This document shows, piece after piece, positions 1 through 17,159 of a DNA stretch of 64,000 nt; positions within the stretch are counted from its first letter, which is position 1, and each line of letters begins with the position of its first letter. This stretch comes from a virus: UHGV virus genome UHGV-0090252; one strand, 5' to 3'. The translations under genes were made by a program, and so were the position numbers. Below the pieces are notes generated by a model. The model was not told where the DNA came from and did not search any database. It was given only the letters and a program-made list of their open reading frames with translations.

Positions 1-94
1 GGTAGTTAGTCTCAGCTACATTAAAATGAGACTTACCTTTTTAAAAGGTCTTTAAGAGGGTCTTTTAACAAGGTATTGTATGGTGTAGTTTGGT

Positions 95-135
95 TAGGTA
101 TGGTTAGGTGTGGTAAGGTAAGGTATGGAAGGATG
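95..135. repeat. GT-rich imperfect tandem repeat (GGTTAG/GGTATG/GGTAAG/GGAAGG units)
   Basis: Direct reading: ggttaggtatggttaggtgtggtaaggtaaggtatggaaggatgg, upstream of the promoter-like site. Confidence 0.4.
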
Positions 136-179
136 GCAGTAGCCTTATAAAAAATCTGCCAAATAAGCTATAAAATCTG

Positions 180-208
180 TTGACAAGTCAGGTGTTATAG
201 CTTATTTT
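180..208 (+). promoter_or_regulatory. sigma70-like promoter (TTGACA, 17 bp spacer, TATTTT)
   Basis: Perfect -35 hexamer at 180-185 and AT-rich -10 at 203-208, about 45 bp upstream of the first ORF. Confidence 0.4.
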
Positions 209-252
209 TATACTCAATGTAATACAAAATTTAATATAACTTTGAGGTCATT

Positions 253-636
253 ATGAAAAAGATTTTATTAGCTGCTGCAATGGTTATGACAATGAGTTTA
301 CCAGTTCATTCAACAGAACTACCAAATGTGAACTTATCAGGCGTCCCAGAGGATACTTGTCAGATTGTAAAGGGTGTTGCTCTAGCGAATGGTGAGCTAC
401 TTAAACCAATCTCTGAAGAGTCTTTAACAGAGATGACTGATAAGGTGACTGACTACCAGTATCGTGTTCTTGCAGAGTATTTCCTGCAATCTGCAAACAT
501 TAAAGAGAAACACCGTGATGATATTGATGTACAGGCTATGCTCAACCACCGTATCCAGTTTAAAGAAGATTTGATGCAAAAAGCTATGTATGGTGTTGAG
601 TATTTCTTAGAAAACAGAAGCTGCACAGGTATCTAA
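253..636 (+). CDS. hypothetical secreted protein (N-terminal signal peptide)
   Basis: ORF 127 aa; GAGGT RBS 6 nt upstream; N-terminus MKKILLAAAMVMTMSLPVHS is signal-peptide-like. Confidence 0.6.
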   Translation: MKKILLAAAMVMTMSLPVHSTELPNVNLSGVPEDTCQIVKGVALANGELLKPISEESLTEMTDKVTDYQYRVLAEYFLQSANIKEKHRDDIDVQAMLNHRIQFKEDLMQKAMYGVEYFLENRSCTGI

Positions 637-637
637 T

Positions 638-850
638 ATGGCTCTTAAAAAGTTACATCCCAGAAGCGGTTATGGTAAGATAATTGACGATACAGACGGC
701 TTTACGGTCTTTACAGTTATCTGTCAAGATGATTCACAGATTGAAAAGGCTCTTGATGATTATCTTAACGATGAACGTGAAAAGGTTAGGGCTACAAACA
801 TAGATTCATTGATTGACACTTCACGCAAACGGAAGAAGAAAGATGAATGA
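638..850 (+). CDS. hypothetical protein
   Basis: ORF 70 aa starting 1 nt after the previous stop; lysine-rich C-terminus. Confidence 0.45.
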   Translation: MALKKLHPRSGYGKIIDDTDGFTVFTVICQDDSQIEKALDDYLNDEREKVRATNIDSLIDTSRKRKKKDE

Positions 851-1142
851 GGTTTTTGACCCTTATGCTCCACAAGATGATTGGGAGGCTGATAGAGAGG
901 CTGAAATGGAGAGTTATATTTGTCCAATGGATGTAGACGAAATGAGAGACTTCGTTGCACATCGTTTTAAGAGAGAGATTAAATCCAGAGGTCTTTCTCA
1001 AGAGCAAGTCGCTAAAATTTGTGGTATCTCTCAGGCTCGTGTATCCAACATAATCCACCTCACTGGTAACGTCTCCCTTGAGTATATGTTGGAAGTATGC
1101 GAAAAATTTGGTGTTAATTTTAATTTAAGGTTGGCAGATTAA
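843..1142 (+). CDS. putative HTH DNA-binding protein
   Basis: Start moved to ATG at 843 (ATGAATGA overlap with upstream stop, AG-rich RBS); helix-turn-helix-like segment LSQEQVAKICGISQARVSNI. Confidence 0.5.
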   Translation: MNEVFDPYAPQDDWEADREAEMESYICPMDVDEMRDFVAHRFKREIKSRGLSQEQVAKICGISQARVSNIIHLTGNVSLEYMLEVCEKFGVNFNLRLAD

Positions 1143-1143
1143 T

Positions 1144-1503
1144 ATGAAACGTGAAAACATTATCCACTCTGAAAACTTCGCATTAGGGTTTTATGGTGTA
1201 CCTACTCACCTTGAAAAGTATTATGGTGTAAAGATTCTTTCCAATCTCATTATGGCTTACAAAGATGGTAAGATTAAGCATACTGAGAAGAAACGTGTCA
1301 TGGGTTATATGGCTGTAGGTTCAGCAATCTCGAACATTAAGTTGGAAACAACTAGCAGTCAGATTGTAAAAGACCACTTCATCAAAGAGCTTTACCAGAA
1401 TCTTGATGGTGTAGATGTTCAAGCTGTTTGGTTGGATGTTGATGGTCATAACTACACAAGTTTTGTTTTCAAAAACGATGACATTAAGTGCTTGTTCCCA
1501 TAA
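1144..1503 (+). CDS. hypothetical protein
   Basis: ORF 119 aa, tightly packed after previous gene. Confidence 0.5.
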   Translation: MKRENIIHSENFALGFYGVPTHLEKYYGVKILSNLIMAYKDGKIKHTEKKRVMGYMAVGSAISNIKLETTSSQIVKDHFIKELYQNLDGVDVQAVWLDVDGHNYTSFVFKNDDIKCLFP

Positions 1504-1516
1504 TAGGTGATTAACT

Positions 1517-2032
1517 ATGATTGATATCTTCTTACAAGATGCTCATGCAGATTTCCTTAAAGAGATGCTTAAAAAGTTTATGGCTTCACAGTATGAGAAT
1601 GAAGCATCTTTTAAAATAGTTACATGTGGCGATGAAGCTGGTTTTGTTGAGATTGAGCATGAAGGTACTGGAAAGACTGTTTGTAAGTTACCTGATAGTA
1701 TGTTCTCTAAAACGTTCTTAACAAAGACTAGTATAAATGTTAAGCTTGTACCACAGATTGAAACATACTCTGGTACAGATTATCCTAAAGGTTTCAAGTC
1801 ACTGATGAAGTACTTCTTAGATGACTTTGTGAGTAATCTTCTGAGGGAGGTAAAAGAAAGTCGTACAGTGTTAACTGTAGAGAACATAGGAGGAACTATC
1901 AGGGTCACTTCTGACTGTTTTGTTATGAGCCTCTTCGACTTCGTTCCTAAGAATTTTGATGGTATTCTGGATGAAGAAGATGACTGTGTAGACTTTATAT
2001 TGGTTCTTGAGCCAGTTTTTGAGGTTAAATAG
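1517..2032 (+). CDS. hypothetical protein
   Basis: ORF 171 aa. Confidence 0.5.
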   Translation: MIDIFLQDAHADFLKEMLKKFMASQYENEASFKIVTCGDEAGFVEIEHEGTGKTVCKLPDSMFSKTFLTKTSINVKLVPQIETYSGTDYPKGFKSLMKYFLDDFVSNLLREVKESRTVLTVENIGGTIRVTSDCFVMSLFDFVPKNFDGILDEEDDCVDFILVLEPVFEVK

Positions 2033-2293
2033 ATGAAAATTGAACACTGCTATGAGTCTGATGGAACACCTATCCGATGTCCACATTGTGGATGTACAGA
2101 CTTACAAGGTGAGGTAAGTGAAATAGTCAACGGTCATATTGCTGAAGAGAGTACAAGGTGTACAGGATGTAATGAAATCATTGCTTTCTGGGCTTATGGT
2201 TTATACCAACCTACACCACACTTAATCTACCATAGCAATAAAGCTGTGAAGAATGTTATCAACTGGTTTATTAAGAAAGGGTTTACAAAATGA
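2033..2293 (+). CDS. small zinc-ribbon-like protein
   Basis: ORF 86 aa with CPHCGC ... CTGC cysteine pairs; 4-nt overlap with the DHFR gene. Confidence 0.45.
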   Translation: MKIEHCYESDGTPIRCPHCGCTDLQGEVSEIVNGHIAEESTRCTGCNEIIAFWAYGLYQPTPHLIYHSNKAVKNVINWFIKKGFTK

Positions 2294-2835
2294 TTAAATT
2301 AATCTTTGCAAGTGGTGAAAATGGGGAGTTTGGTACTCCAACTGGTATGCCGTGGCCTCGACATAAGCAAGATATGCAAGAGTTTAAGAGACTCACTAAA
2401 AACAACTTAGTAGTTATGGGCAATGAGACTTTTAAGACTCTGGGTAGTAAGCCTTTACCTGAACGTGAAAACCTTATCTTAACAAACTCTGTACCTTATT
2501 ATGGTATAGATTTTGGTAAAGAAGATGTAATGTATGCTAAGGCCAGCAAAGAGTCCTTTGGAGCATTTTTGAAGTATCTTGATAGCTCTATTGATGAAGA
2601 TGTCTTTGTAATTGGTGGTGCAGGTGTTCTTGTCGATGCTTTACCATATGCTGGTGTAGTTTTCCATACAGTTTTCCATAAAGTTACTGAAGAGACCACT
2701 GTGTATTTACCTTTTGAAAACTTCTTTGATAAGCTGTATGATAACCGTGTATTTGCAAAGGTGCAGTCGAGACCTTCAGATGATGGTAAAGCAACCTTTG
2801 AAATCTATGTTCCACAAGTAAAAGGACACTTTTGA
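2290..2835 (+). CDS. frd: dihydrofolate reductase
   Basis: 181 aa; N-terminus LIFA..GxxxGMPW and overall length match the DHFR family; immediately upstream of thymidylate synthase. Confidence 0.8.
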   Translation: MIKLIFASGENGEFGTPTGMPWPRHKQDMQEFKRLTKNNLVVMGNETFKTLGSKPLPERENLILTNSVPYYGIDFGKEDVMYAKASKESFGAFLKYLDSSIDEDVFVIGGAGVLVDALPYAGVVFHTVFHKVTEETTVYLPFENFFDKLYDNRVFAKVQSRPSDDGKATFEIYVPQVKGHF

Positions 2836-2836
2836 T

Positions 2837-3736
2837 ATGTCACAAGCTGATTTGAGTTACAAAAATATCCTGAACCATGTTTTATCCGTTGGTGAACTGC
2901 GTACTACACGAACTGGAGATGTTATCTCTGCATTTGCTCCACCAAAATTTCGTTTTGATATGCGTACTGGTTTCCCACTCTTAACATCTAAACAGGTGTT
3001 TACACGGCAAGTTATTGGGGAAGCTTTATGGTTCCTGAATGGTGAGAATAAACTTGGTGAACTCCGTTACCGTACTTGGGGTGAAAATGATGGGGAACGT
3101 TGGACTATCTGGTCAGATGATTTTAAACGCTGGTTAAGCTCTAACTATTCTTCTGAGCAAGACTGGTTAGAAGATGCAGGTGGGAGAATCTACGGGGTTC
3201 AGTGGAGAAACTTTGAAGGTCATAACGGTTGTGTTGTAGACCAGTTAGAGACCTTAGTAACGAAGATGAAAGGTGATATCACAGACCGTTACATGCTTGT
3301 TAATGCTTGGAATGCAGCAGATATTGCAGCTAACTCAATGGCTTTAGCACCTTGTCATGTTCTGTTTCAGATTTATATCACTAACGAAGGTGAGGTTGAC
3401 TTACAATGGTATCAACGTTCTGTAGACACCTTTTTAGGTCTTCCATTTAACATTGCATCTTATGGTTTTATTCTGGAAGTACTTTGCAAGATGACTGGAT
3501 ATACTCCACGGTACTTGATAGGTGTCTTTGGGGATACTCAGATTTATCAGAACCATATGAAGCAGGTTTATGAACTGATGAACAATAAAGAGTTCCATGC
3601 GCCTACTTTTGAGATTGGTGTGCAGCTTAACACGCTAAGTGACCTAAAACACCTTACCGCAAGTGATTTTATTGGTGGTATTAGCAACTACCAACATGCA
3701 GGAAAGATTGAAGCACCTCTGTCAGTAGGTAAGTAA
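2837..3736 (+). CDS. thyA: thymidylate synthase
   Basis: 299 aa; catalytic-site region ALAPCH and LPFNIASYGFIL match ThyA signatures. Confidence 0.9.
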   Translation: MSQADLSYKNILNHVLSVGELRTTRTGDVISAFAPPKFRFDMRTGFPLLTSKQVFTRQVIGEALWFLNGENKLGELRYRTWGENDGERWTIWSDDFKRWLSSNYSSEQDWLEDAGGRIYGVQWRNFEGHNGCVVDQLETLVTKMKGDITDRYMLVNAWNAADIAANSMALAPCHVLFQIYITNEGEVDLQWYQRSVDTFLGLPFNIASYGFILEVLCKMTGYTPRYLIGVFGDTQIYQNHMKQVYELMNNKEFHAPTFEIGVQLNTLSDLKHLTASDFIGGISNYQHAGKIEAPLSVGK

Positions 3737-3739
3737 AAC

Positions 3740-3776
3740 AAAAAAAAAAAAAAAAAGGCTCCCGTAAAAAGGAGCC
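3740..3776. terminator. bidirectional rho-independent terminator with A17/T17 tract
   Basis: A17 homopolymer 3740-3756 followed by hairpin GGCTCC-cgtaaaaa-GGAGCC and a T-rich run; sits between convergent genes. Confidence 0.7.
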
Positions 3777-3783
3777 TTAAATT

Positions 3784-4155
3784 TTATTTTTCAGTATTCT
3801 TTGTGTTCTTTTCAGTAATAGCTTGGAGGGCTGATACTGATTGAGCCAGATTATTCACACTGTCAGAGAATTTATCAAGAGTTTTGGTAAGTTTTGCATT
3901 CTCACCCTTAACATTCTCTAACTGAACTTTCTGGTTCTCCATCCCTAACTGAATAAGTCTTATGTCAGACTGTAAATCACGAATAGCTGAGTAATTAGAT
4001 TTGCTATAATTATCTAGCTGCTGTAATTTTGTTGTGACAGACACCTCTTGCTTACCACTTGAAACTTGCATCGTGGTATACATCCCAATAACACTAAAAA
4101 TACCAACAACAATTGCACCAATATTATTTTTAAAAGCTTCCTCTATCCACTTCAT
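3784..4155 (-). CDS. membrane-anchored coiled-coil protein (function unknown)
   Basis: 123 aa; N-terminal hydrophobic helix IGAIVVGIFSVIGMY then heptad-rich region; downstream of the tail fiber genes. Confidence 0.45.
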   Translation of the reverse strand: MKWIEEAFKNNIGAIVVGIFSVIGMYTTMQVSSGKQEVSVTTKLQQLDNYSKSNYSAIRDLQSDIRLIQLGMENQKVQLENVKGENAKLTKTLDKFSDSVNNLAQSVSALQAITEKNTKNTEK

Positions 4156-4350
4156 TTATTTCTCCCCCTTAAAAGCTTTTTCTAAGTTATCTACGAATTC
4201 ATCATCAATAGGGGTGTCTGTCTTACCCGCAAGGTATCTTGCAAGCTTAAAGAACACTTTCTCAATCATGTATTCACTTAGAAGAGATAAAATGAGTTTC
4301 CAGAAGAAACTACCTAGATTTTTTAGGAGAATTGCTAGGATTGTAGGCAT
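4156..4350 (-). CDS. small membrane protein (holin-like, speculative)
   Basis: 64 aa with N-terminal hydrophobic segment; adjacent to the previous gene. Confidence 0.4.
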   Translation of the reverse strand: MPTILAILLKNLGSFFWKLILSLLSEYMIEKVFFKLARYLAGKTDTPIDDEFVDNLEKAFKGEK

Positions 4351-4429
4351 TTAATCACCTCATCAGCCAAGATGGTGAGAATACCTATAAAGAATATTAA
4401 CACCATCTTAACAATCAGTCAATAAGGGA

Positions 4430-6763
4430 TTAAGCAGTCCTCACCCAAGCCATTAACTTATAGAACTGGTTAGTAACACTAAATGCTGAACCAGAACCTG
4501 TACCACCAGTGTTACCACTAACTGTATGACTGTGAGCACCAATACCAACACTGTGAGCATGGTTACCAGCAGAAGCGGCAGTACCACTTACAGAGTGGGT
4601 GTGAGCACCGTTAGCATCGGTGTAACCCGGCCCTGTACCAATGTAACCACCACCACCACCGGAATAGTGCTGTGAGTTCTGACCAATCCACGAAATAGAG
4701 TGGCTGTGGTTACCAGCAGATGAAGTAGAACCACTTACAGAGTGGGTGTGAGCACCAGTCGTGTTAGTGTTTTTTGTTCCGTAGTCAAAAGACGAAGTAG
4801 TAGCAGAAAAACTGTGTGTGTGTGAAGGTAAGTTACCAACAGATAACGTTACAGAATCTGAACCACCAGTTGTAGCAACATCTGAACCGTTAGCTGCTGC
4901 AATCCTGATTGTTCTACCTACACCATTGTTAAGGTACGTCCAAGTTAGACCAGGCAGTGCTGTATTAGGGTTAACGTTACTGTTAAACCACGTTACAATA
5001 CCAACAGGGTAGATTTTATTAAGGTCTGTTGAATCACTTACTGCCTGTGCAATCTTCTGGTCAGTTTCTGCTTTAGTGTATGCACCAATATCTGAAGGGG
5101 TTGGCTTCTGTGCAGTTGTGTACACCATAGCCCAACTTTTCTCAAAGCCATCACCATCTCTTGATGTCCTATACCACATACCACCATTCGCCCATTTAAA
5201 TCTTAGCTGCGCAGACGGTGTAGATGACTCAGACCCCTGATATAACTGAAGTAAAAGATTTGATGATGTAGCTCCAGTCTTGACATTATACAGCCCTGTC
5301 TTAGCATCCCAAGCAATAGCAGCATCATTATCACCTTCACCAGTTTTTCCTGCATACATGTATCTGGCGTTTGATGCTGAACCGGTATAGTACCTTTTAT
5401 CTAGGTTAGTCCAGTCTGATGGTTGAACCTGCCCAGTGATTGTTACATTCTTATTAAACTGGATATAGTTCTCTCTAAGAGACAGTTCAGTACCTAACAC
5501 CATCTCCCTGATAGTAAAGTTTCCTGAAGCATTAGTACCCATAAACCACTTTTTAGCACCATCAGAAGTATAACCTTGCAAGAACAAACCACCAGTATCA
5601 TTTACCCCTTGAAGCCTAATACCCTCTCCATCAGCCTTAATAATCTGACCTTGAGAAAAAGTATTCTTAGCATTAATTTTTGCAAGAGTGCTTAATGTTG
5701 CTGCCGGAATATATCTAGAGTCAATGTTAGTCCAATCTGAAGGTTGAACTTGACCAGTTACAGTTAGTGTTTTATTGATATTAACACTTGTCCCTACAGT
5801 AATCTTGCCACTAGTTTTGTAGTTTTCTAGAGCTACGTTATCACCTTCGTTACTATTACCAATGTACCATCTGTTGACACCTGTGCTATCAATTGCTTTA
5901 ATGTACAATGGTTGTGCAGCATTGGCATTCTGTAGCCTAATTGCTTCACCATCTTTTTTGAAAACACTCAGTTGGTTGAATGTATTAGTGCCGTTAAAAG
6001 TGTTATTACCAGCCAACTTTGCAAATCTTTGATTAGCCAATGTTTGGGTAAAGTATCTATCATCTAGGTTAGACCAGTCTGAAGGTTTAACCTGACCAGT
6101 GATATTTAAATTCTTATTAGAATTAATACCTGCTGAATCCAATGTCAATGTCGTGCCAGAGGCTTCATTTGATAATCCAAGAACATTTGAAGTATTAAAT
6201 CCAACATACCATTTATTAGTTCCAGATGGGTCTTGACCTCTAACATAGAGAGAAGGGCTATCAGTTGCACTTCTTAACAACAGTGCTTGACCATCTGCTA
6301 CAATTGTCTGCCTAGACTTAAAAGTATTTAGTACTTCTAATCTAGCATATCTAGCATCATTCTCAGCATTAGTTCTCATCCCAAGTTCATTAGGGCTTGG
6401 CTTATTAAGAGTATGATAAACAGTTGCAGACCTTGAAGCATCTGCAATAGTTAGTTTAAGACCATTTGCATTAATTTTAAAAGTCTTTAAAACATCCCCC
6501 ATAGTAATCTCAGAAGAGCCTGTAGGGTCAAAGACTGCCTTACCACCATAAAGTAACTTAACAATCCCTAAGTCACCCGTCATAGTGCTACCAGCAATCT
6601 GAACAAATCTTTCTAGTTTAAAAGACGCTAAGAAGTCTTGATAGGTCATTCGACGGTCTTCATCACCCAGCATTTCAGGTCTCTTTTTAACCCTGACATG
6701 AAGGAGGTCGTCTGAACGAATTGTATCAATTGAGTTTAATTCACTCAACTTGTAATCTGCCAT
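4430..6763 (-). CDS. tail fiber protein (long) with internal tandem repeats and C-terminal HxH array
   Basis: 777 aa; three ~105-aa internal repeats (ITGQVxPSDW[ST]N[IL]DxRY); C-terminus rich in HTHS/HSHS/HAHS motifs like metal-binding fiber tips; C-terminal AFSV..W..RTA shared with the next gene. Confidence 0.8.
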   Translation of the reverse strand: MADYKLSELNSIDTIRSDDLLHVRVKKRPEMLGDEDRRMTYQDFLASFKLERFVQIAGSTMTGDLGIVKLLYGGKAVFDPTGSSEITMGDVLKTFKINANGLKLTIADASRSATVYHTLNKPSPNELGMRTNAENDARYARLEVLNTFKSRQTIVADGQALLLRSATDSPSLYVRGQDPSGTNKWYVGFNTSNVLGLSNEASGTTLTLDSAGINSNKNLNITGQVKPSDWSNLDDRYFTQTLANQRFAKLAGNNTFNGTNTFNQLSVFKKDGEAIRLQNANAAQPLYIKAIDSTGVNRWYIGNSNEGDNVALENYKTSGKITVGTSVNINKTLTVTGQVQPSDWTNIDSRYIPAATLSTLAKINAKNTFSQGQIIKADGEGIRLQGVNDTGGLFLQGYTSDGAKKWFMGTNASGNFTIREMVLGTELSLRENYIQFNKNVTITGQVQPSDWTNLDKRYYTGSASNARYMYAGKTGEGDNDAAIAWDAKTGLYNVKTGATSSNLLLQLYQGSESSTPSAQLRFKWANGGMWYRTSRDGDGFEKSWAMVYTTAQKPTPSDIGAYTKAETDQKIAQAVSDSTDLNKIYPVGIVTWFNSNVNPNTALPGLTWTYLNNGVGRTIRIAAANGSDVATTGGSDSVTLSVGNLPSHTHSFSATTSSFDYGTKNTNTTGAHTHSVSGSTSSAGNHSHSISWIGQNSQHYSGGGGGYIGTGPGYTDANGAHTHSVSGTAASAGNHAHSVGIGAHSHTVSGNTGGTGSGSAFSVTNQFYKLMAWVRTA

Positions 6764-6809
6764 TATAAATTTTCCTCTTAAAAGGGGCTATACAGCCCCT
6801 GTAAAGAAA

Positions 6810-7958
6810 TTAAGCTGTTCTCTGCCATACATACAATACGAAGGATGGCTGTTCAACGCTAAACGCTTGACCAGAACCAGTTGTGCCAGTTGTGCCAGAG
6901 TGCGAATGCTCACCTGCTCCGGTTACTGTTACTGTTGCTGAGTGGTTGTGGGAACCAATTGCAACAGAATGGCTGTGAGCACCAATCCCCACTGTGTGAT
7001 TATGCGCACCAATTGCTACAGAGTGAGTGTGGTTGTTAGCTGTTGTCAGCGTAGCTCTTGGGTCATAGCTTGCCCCCTCAACTGATAAACCTCTCCAACC
7101 ACCATCAGCATAACCACGATTAATGAATGTTGTTTGTGTTAAACCAGCAGCACTGGTTGTTCTGTTACCATAGTCATAAGTAGATACAGTCTTTGTTCCA
7201 TAGTCAAACGTTGTAGTCCCTTTAGTACCGTAGTCAAAAGCACTGATAGAGGCCGTTGCACCGTGTGTGTGACCACCACCAGTGACGTATACTGAGTGAG
7301 TATGTGCAGGAATGTTGTTAACTGTCAGTGCAGTAGTCTGCGAACCAAACGTTGAACCAACTGGCCTAGAAGCACTATCATAACCTACAAGTGCTCTTCC
7401 TTTTGAAACTAACTCCCAAGTACCTCCACAAATTAAATATGTAGAAGGGTTTGCAGGATTCATAGAGAGATGGATAGTACCTACTGGATAAGAAGCCTGA
7501 ACAGCCTTGTACAAGTTATTTACTGCTCTTGCTGTAGCATACTTATCTGCATCCTCATTATAAAGGTTAGATGTCACCCAGTTCTGAACATTGCTTAACC
7601 CAACCTGTGCCTTAGTAGTATTGTGTGGGTTGCTCTTATCATCAATATGCTGTTGAATAAGATTATTAACCTCTTCTGAAGACATAATCTGTAGATTCGC
7701 TCTTGCCTCAGCTACATTAACAATATCTGATAAGTTATTTTCAGCAACTAACTGGAGAGCATTAATAACGTTATCTAAACCAATTTGTGTCTTAGTAACA
7801 CCATGTGGGTTATTTCTTAGGCTTGAGTGTGGAGCAAGTAATTGCTCAAGAGTACATCTCTTATCCTCGATACCCTGTTTAAGATGGAAGATATCACTAA
7901 GGTCAATTGGTAAGGCTGCTTGAGGCAAGGCACTAATTTGAATTTCACCTACTGCCAT
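6810..7958 (-). CDS. tail fiber protein with C-terminal HxH array
   Basis: 382 aa; repeated HTHS/HNHT/HSHS motifs and the same C-terminal AFSVE..VWQRTA module as the long fiber. Confidence 0.75.
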   Translation of the reverse strand: MAVGEIQISALPQAALPIDLSDIFHLKQGIEDKRCTLEQLLAPHSSLRNNPHGVTKTQIGLDNVINALQLVAENNLSDIVNVAEARANLQIMSSEEVNNLIQQHIDDKSNPHNTTKAQVGLSNVQNWVTSNLYNEDADKYATARAVNNLYKAVQASYPVGTIHLSMNPANPSTYLICGGTWELVSKGRALVGYDSASRPVGSTFGSQTTALTVNNIPAHTHSVYVTGGGHTHGATASISAFDYGTKGTTTFDYGTKTVSTYDYGNRTTSAAGLTQTTFINRGYADGGWRGLSVEGASYDPRATLTTANNHTHSVAIGAHNHTVGIGAHSHSVAIGSHNHSATVTVTGAGEHSHSGTTGTTGSGQAFSVEQPSFVLYVWQRTA

Positions 7959-7960
7959 TA

Positions 7961-15982
<8,022 letters not shown>

Positions 15983-15983
<1 letters not shown>

Positions 15984-16222
15984 TACATTTTTCCTGCTCT
16001 TCTAAGTTCGTTGTAAGCAATTTCCTCTTTATACGACCTCTGAATCTCAAGAAATTGTCTCAATGATAATAAATCAGAGAATGTCATAGCAAAGAGTTGG
16101 TCAAGTGTTTCTTTACACCCTTCCATACCATAAATAGCAAGCACAAATTTCATCTCGTCTGCTTCTTCATAGGTTGCCTCTACAGCAGCATCAGTTAGTG
16201 GTGTCTGTAGAGTGTTACCCAT
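15983..16222 (-). CDS. tail assembly chaperone, -1 frameshift extension
   Basis: 79-aa ORF in the -1 frame relative to the upstream chaperone; the -1 frame is open from the slippery site to this ORF. Confidence 0.55.
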
Positions 16223-16224
16223 GT

Positions 16225-16623
16225 TTACTGAGAAGTTAGGCTTTTGAAAATGCTTGCTTCGAAAAAACTTCCGAAGTTTGCCTCCAGCGCAAATGCTAAG
16301 TAATCAATGAACTCACCGTAGTTTGCTTGGAAGTACGTATCAATATTAAGTGGGAAGTCGTCAACAGTTGCCCCTTGAAATAATAAGGTAGCCATCTCTT
16401 CAAGGTTAATTTCTTCAATTCTGTCAAAACAAGCTTCAACAAGTTCTTTAAATGGAACCATCGGAGCTTCCTTCTTACCCTTGTCAGTCAGACTTGATAG
16501 CATCTGTGCAAAGGTTGGAACAACAATTTTACCCAACTTCATAGACATCTTAATACCATCTCTTGCCCCAAGCAGAACGATATTTACTTTCTTACCATTA
16601 ATTACTCTAAATTCTGTTTTCAT
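16225..16623 (-). CDS. tail assembly chaperone
   Basis: 132 aa between tube and tape measure; contains slippery heptamer TTTTTTC near its 3' end. Confidence 0.6.
   Translation of the reverse strand: MKTEFRVINGKKVNIVLLGARDGIKMSMKLGKIVVPTFAQMLSSLTDKGKKEAPMVPFKELVEACFDRIEEINLEEMATLLFQGATVDDFPLNIDTYFQANYGEFIDYLAFALEANFGSFFEASIFKSLTSQ
16261..16267 (-). other. programmed -1 ribosomal frameshift slippery site (U UUU UUC)
   Basis: Minus-strand TTTTTTC about 40 nt before the stop of the chaperone ORF; the -1 frame reads through into ORF 15983-16222 with no stop. Confidence 0.5.
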
Positions 16624-16649
16624 TGTGATTCCTTAATACTTTTAAAAGA

Positions 16650-16686
16650 AACAAAAAAAGGGGAAGACCTTTTAAAGTCTCCCCCT
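16650..16686 (-). terminator. rho-independent terminator after tail tube gene
   Basis: Minus-strand hairpin GGGGGAGAC..GTCTTCCCC followed by a T8 run. Confidence 0.6.
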
Positions 16687-16697
16687 TATAGGATTTA

Positions 16698-17144
16698 TTA
16701 AACACTTGACGCTGGAATTGTAGAAGTGTAGTCTAACTTCTCACAACCAAAAATCCAAGTTTTAGAGTTCTGGTCACGACCAAGTTCAATCTGTGGTAAC
16801 TCCTGCAACCAAGCGTTAATACCAGTTGCCAGAACAGAGCCTGATGGGTCGTAGATTACGAAGTTAGAAGAGATATCTTCTTCAAGTTCCATATTGTCTT
16901 GTTTAGCTTGAATTGCAGAAAGCATCTGGTTAGAGAGAGAAGTCTGCATTAACTCAATCTCAATAGTACCTGTCTTGTCTGCATTTCGTGTCAGAGCAAC
17001 CTGACCACCTGCACCAACAACTGGTGTCACAAGTGGTGATGTTCTCTGTAGACGCAAGAATGAGTCTGGAGCAAAGCCTTCAATAGCAATGCCGTTCCAG
17101 CTACATACAACGTCTTTAGGGGAATATTGCTGATACATAGCCAT
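16698..17144 (-). CDS. tail tube protein
   Basis: 148 aa directly downstream of the sheath gene. Confidence 0.7.
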   Translation of the reverse strand: MAMYQQYSPKDVVCSWNGIAIEGFAPDSFLRLQRTSPLVTPVVGAGGQVALTRNADKTGTIEIELMQTSLSNQMLSAIQAKQDNMELEEDISSNFVIYDPSGSVLATGINAWLQELPQIELGRDQNSKTWIFGCEKLDYTSTIPASSV

Positions 17145-17159
17145 TCCAATTTACCTCTA

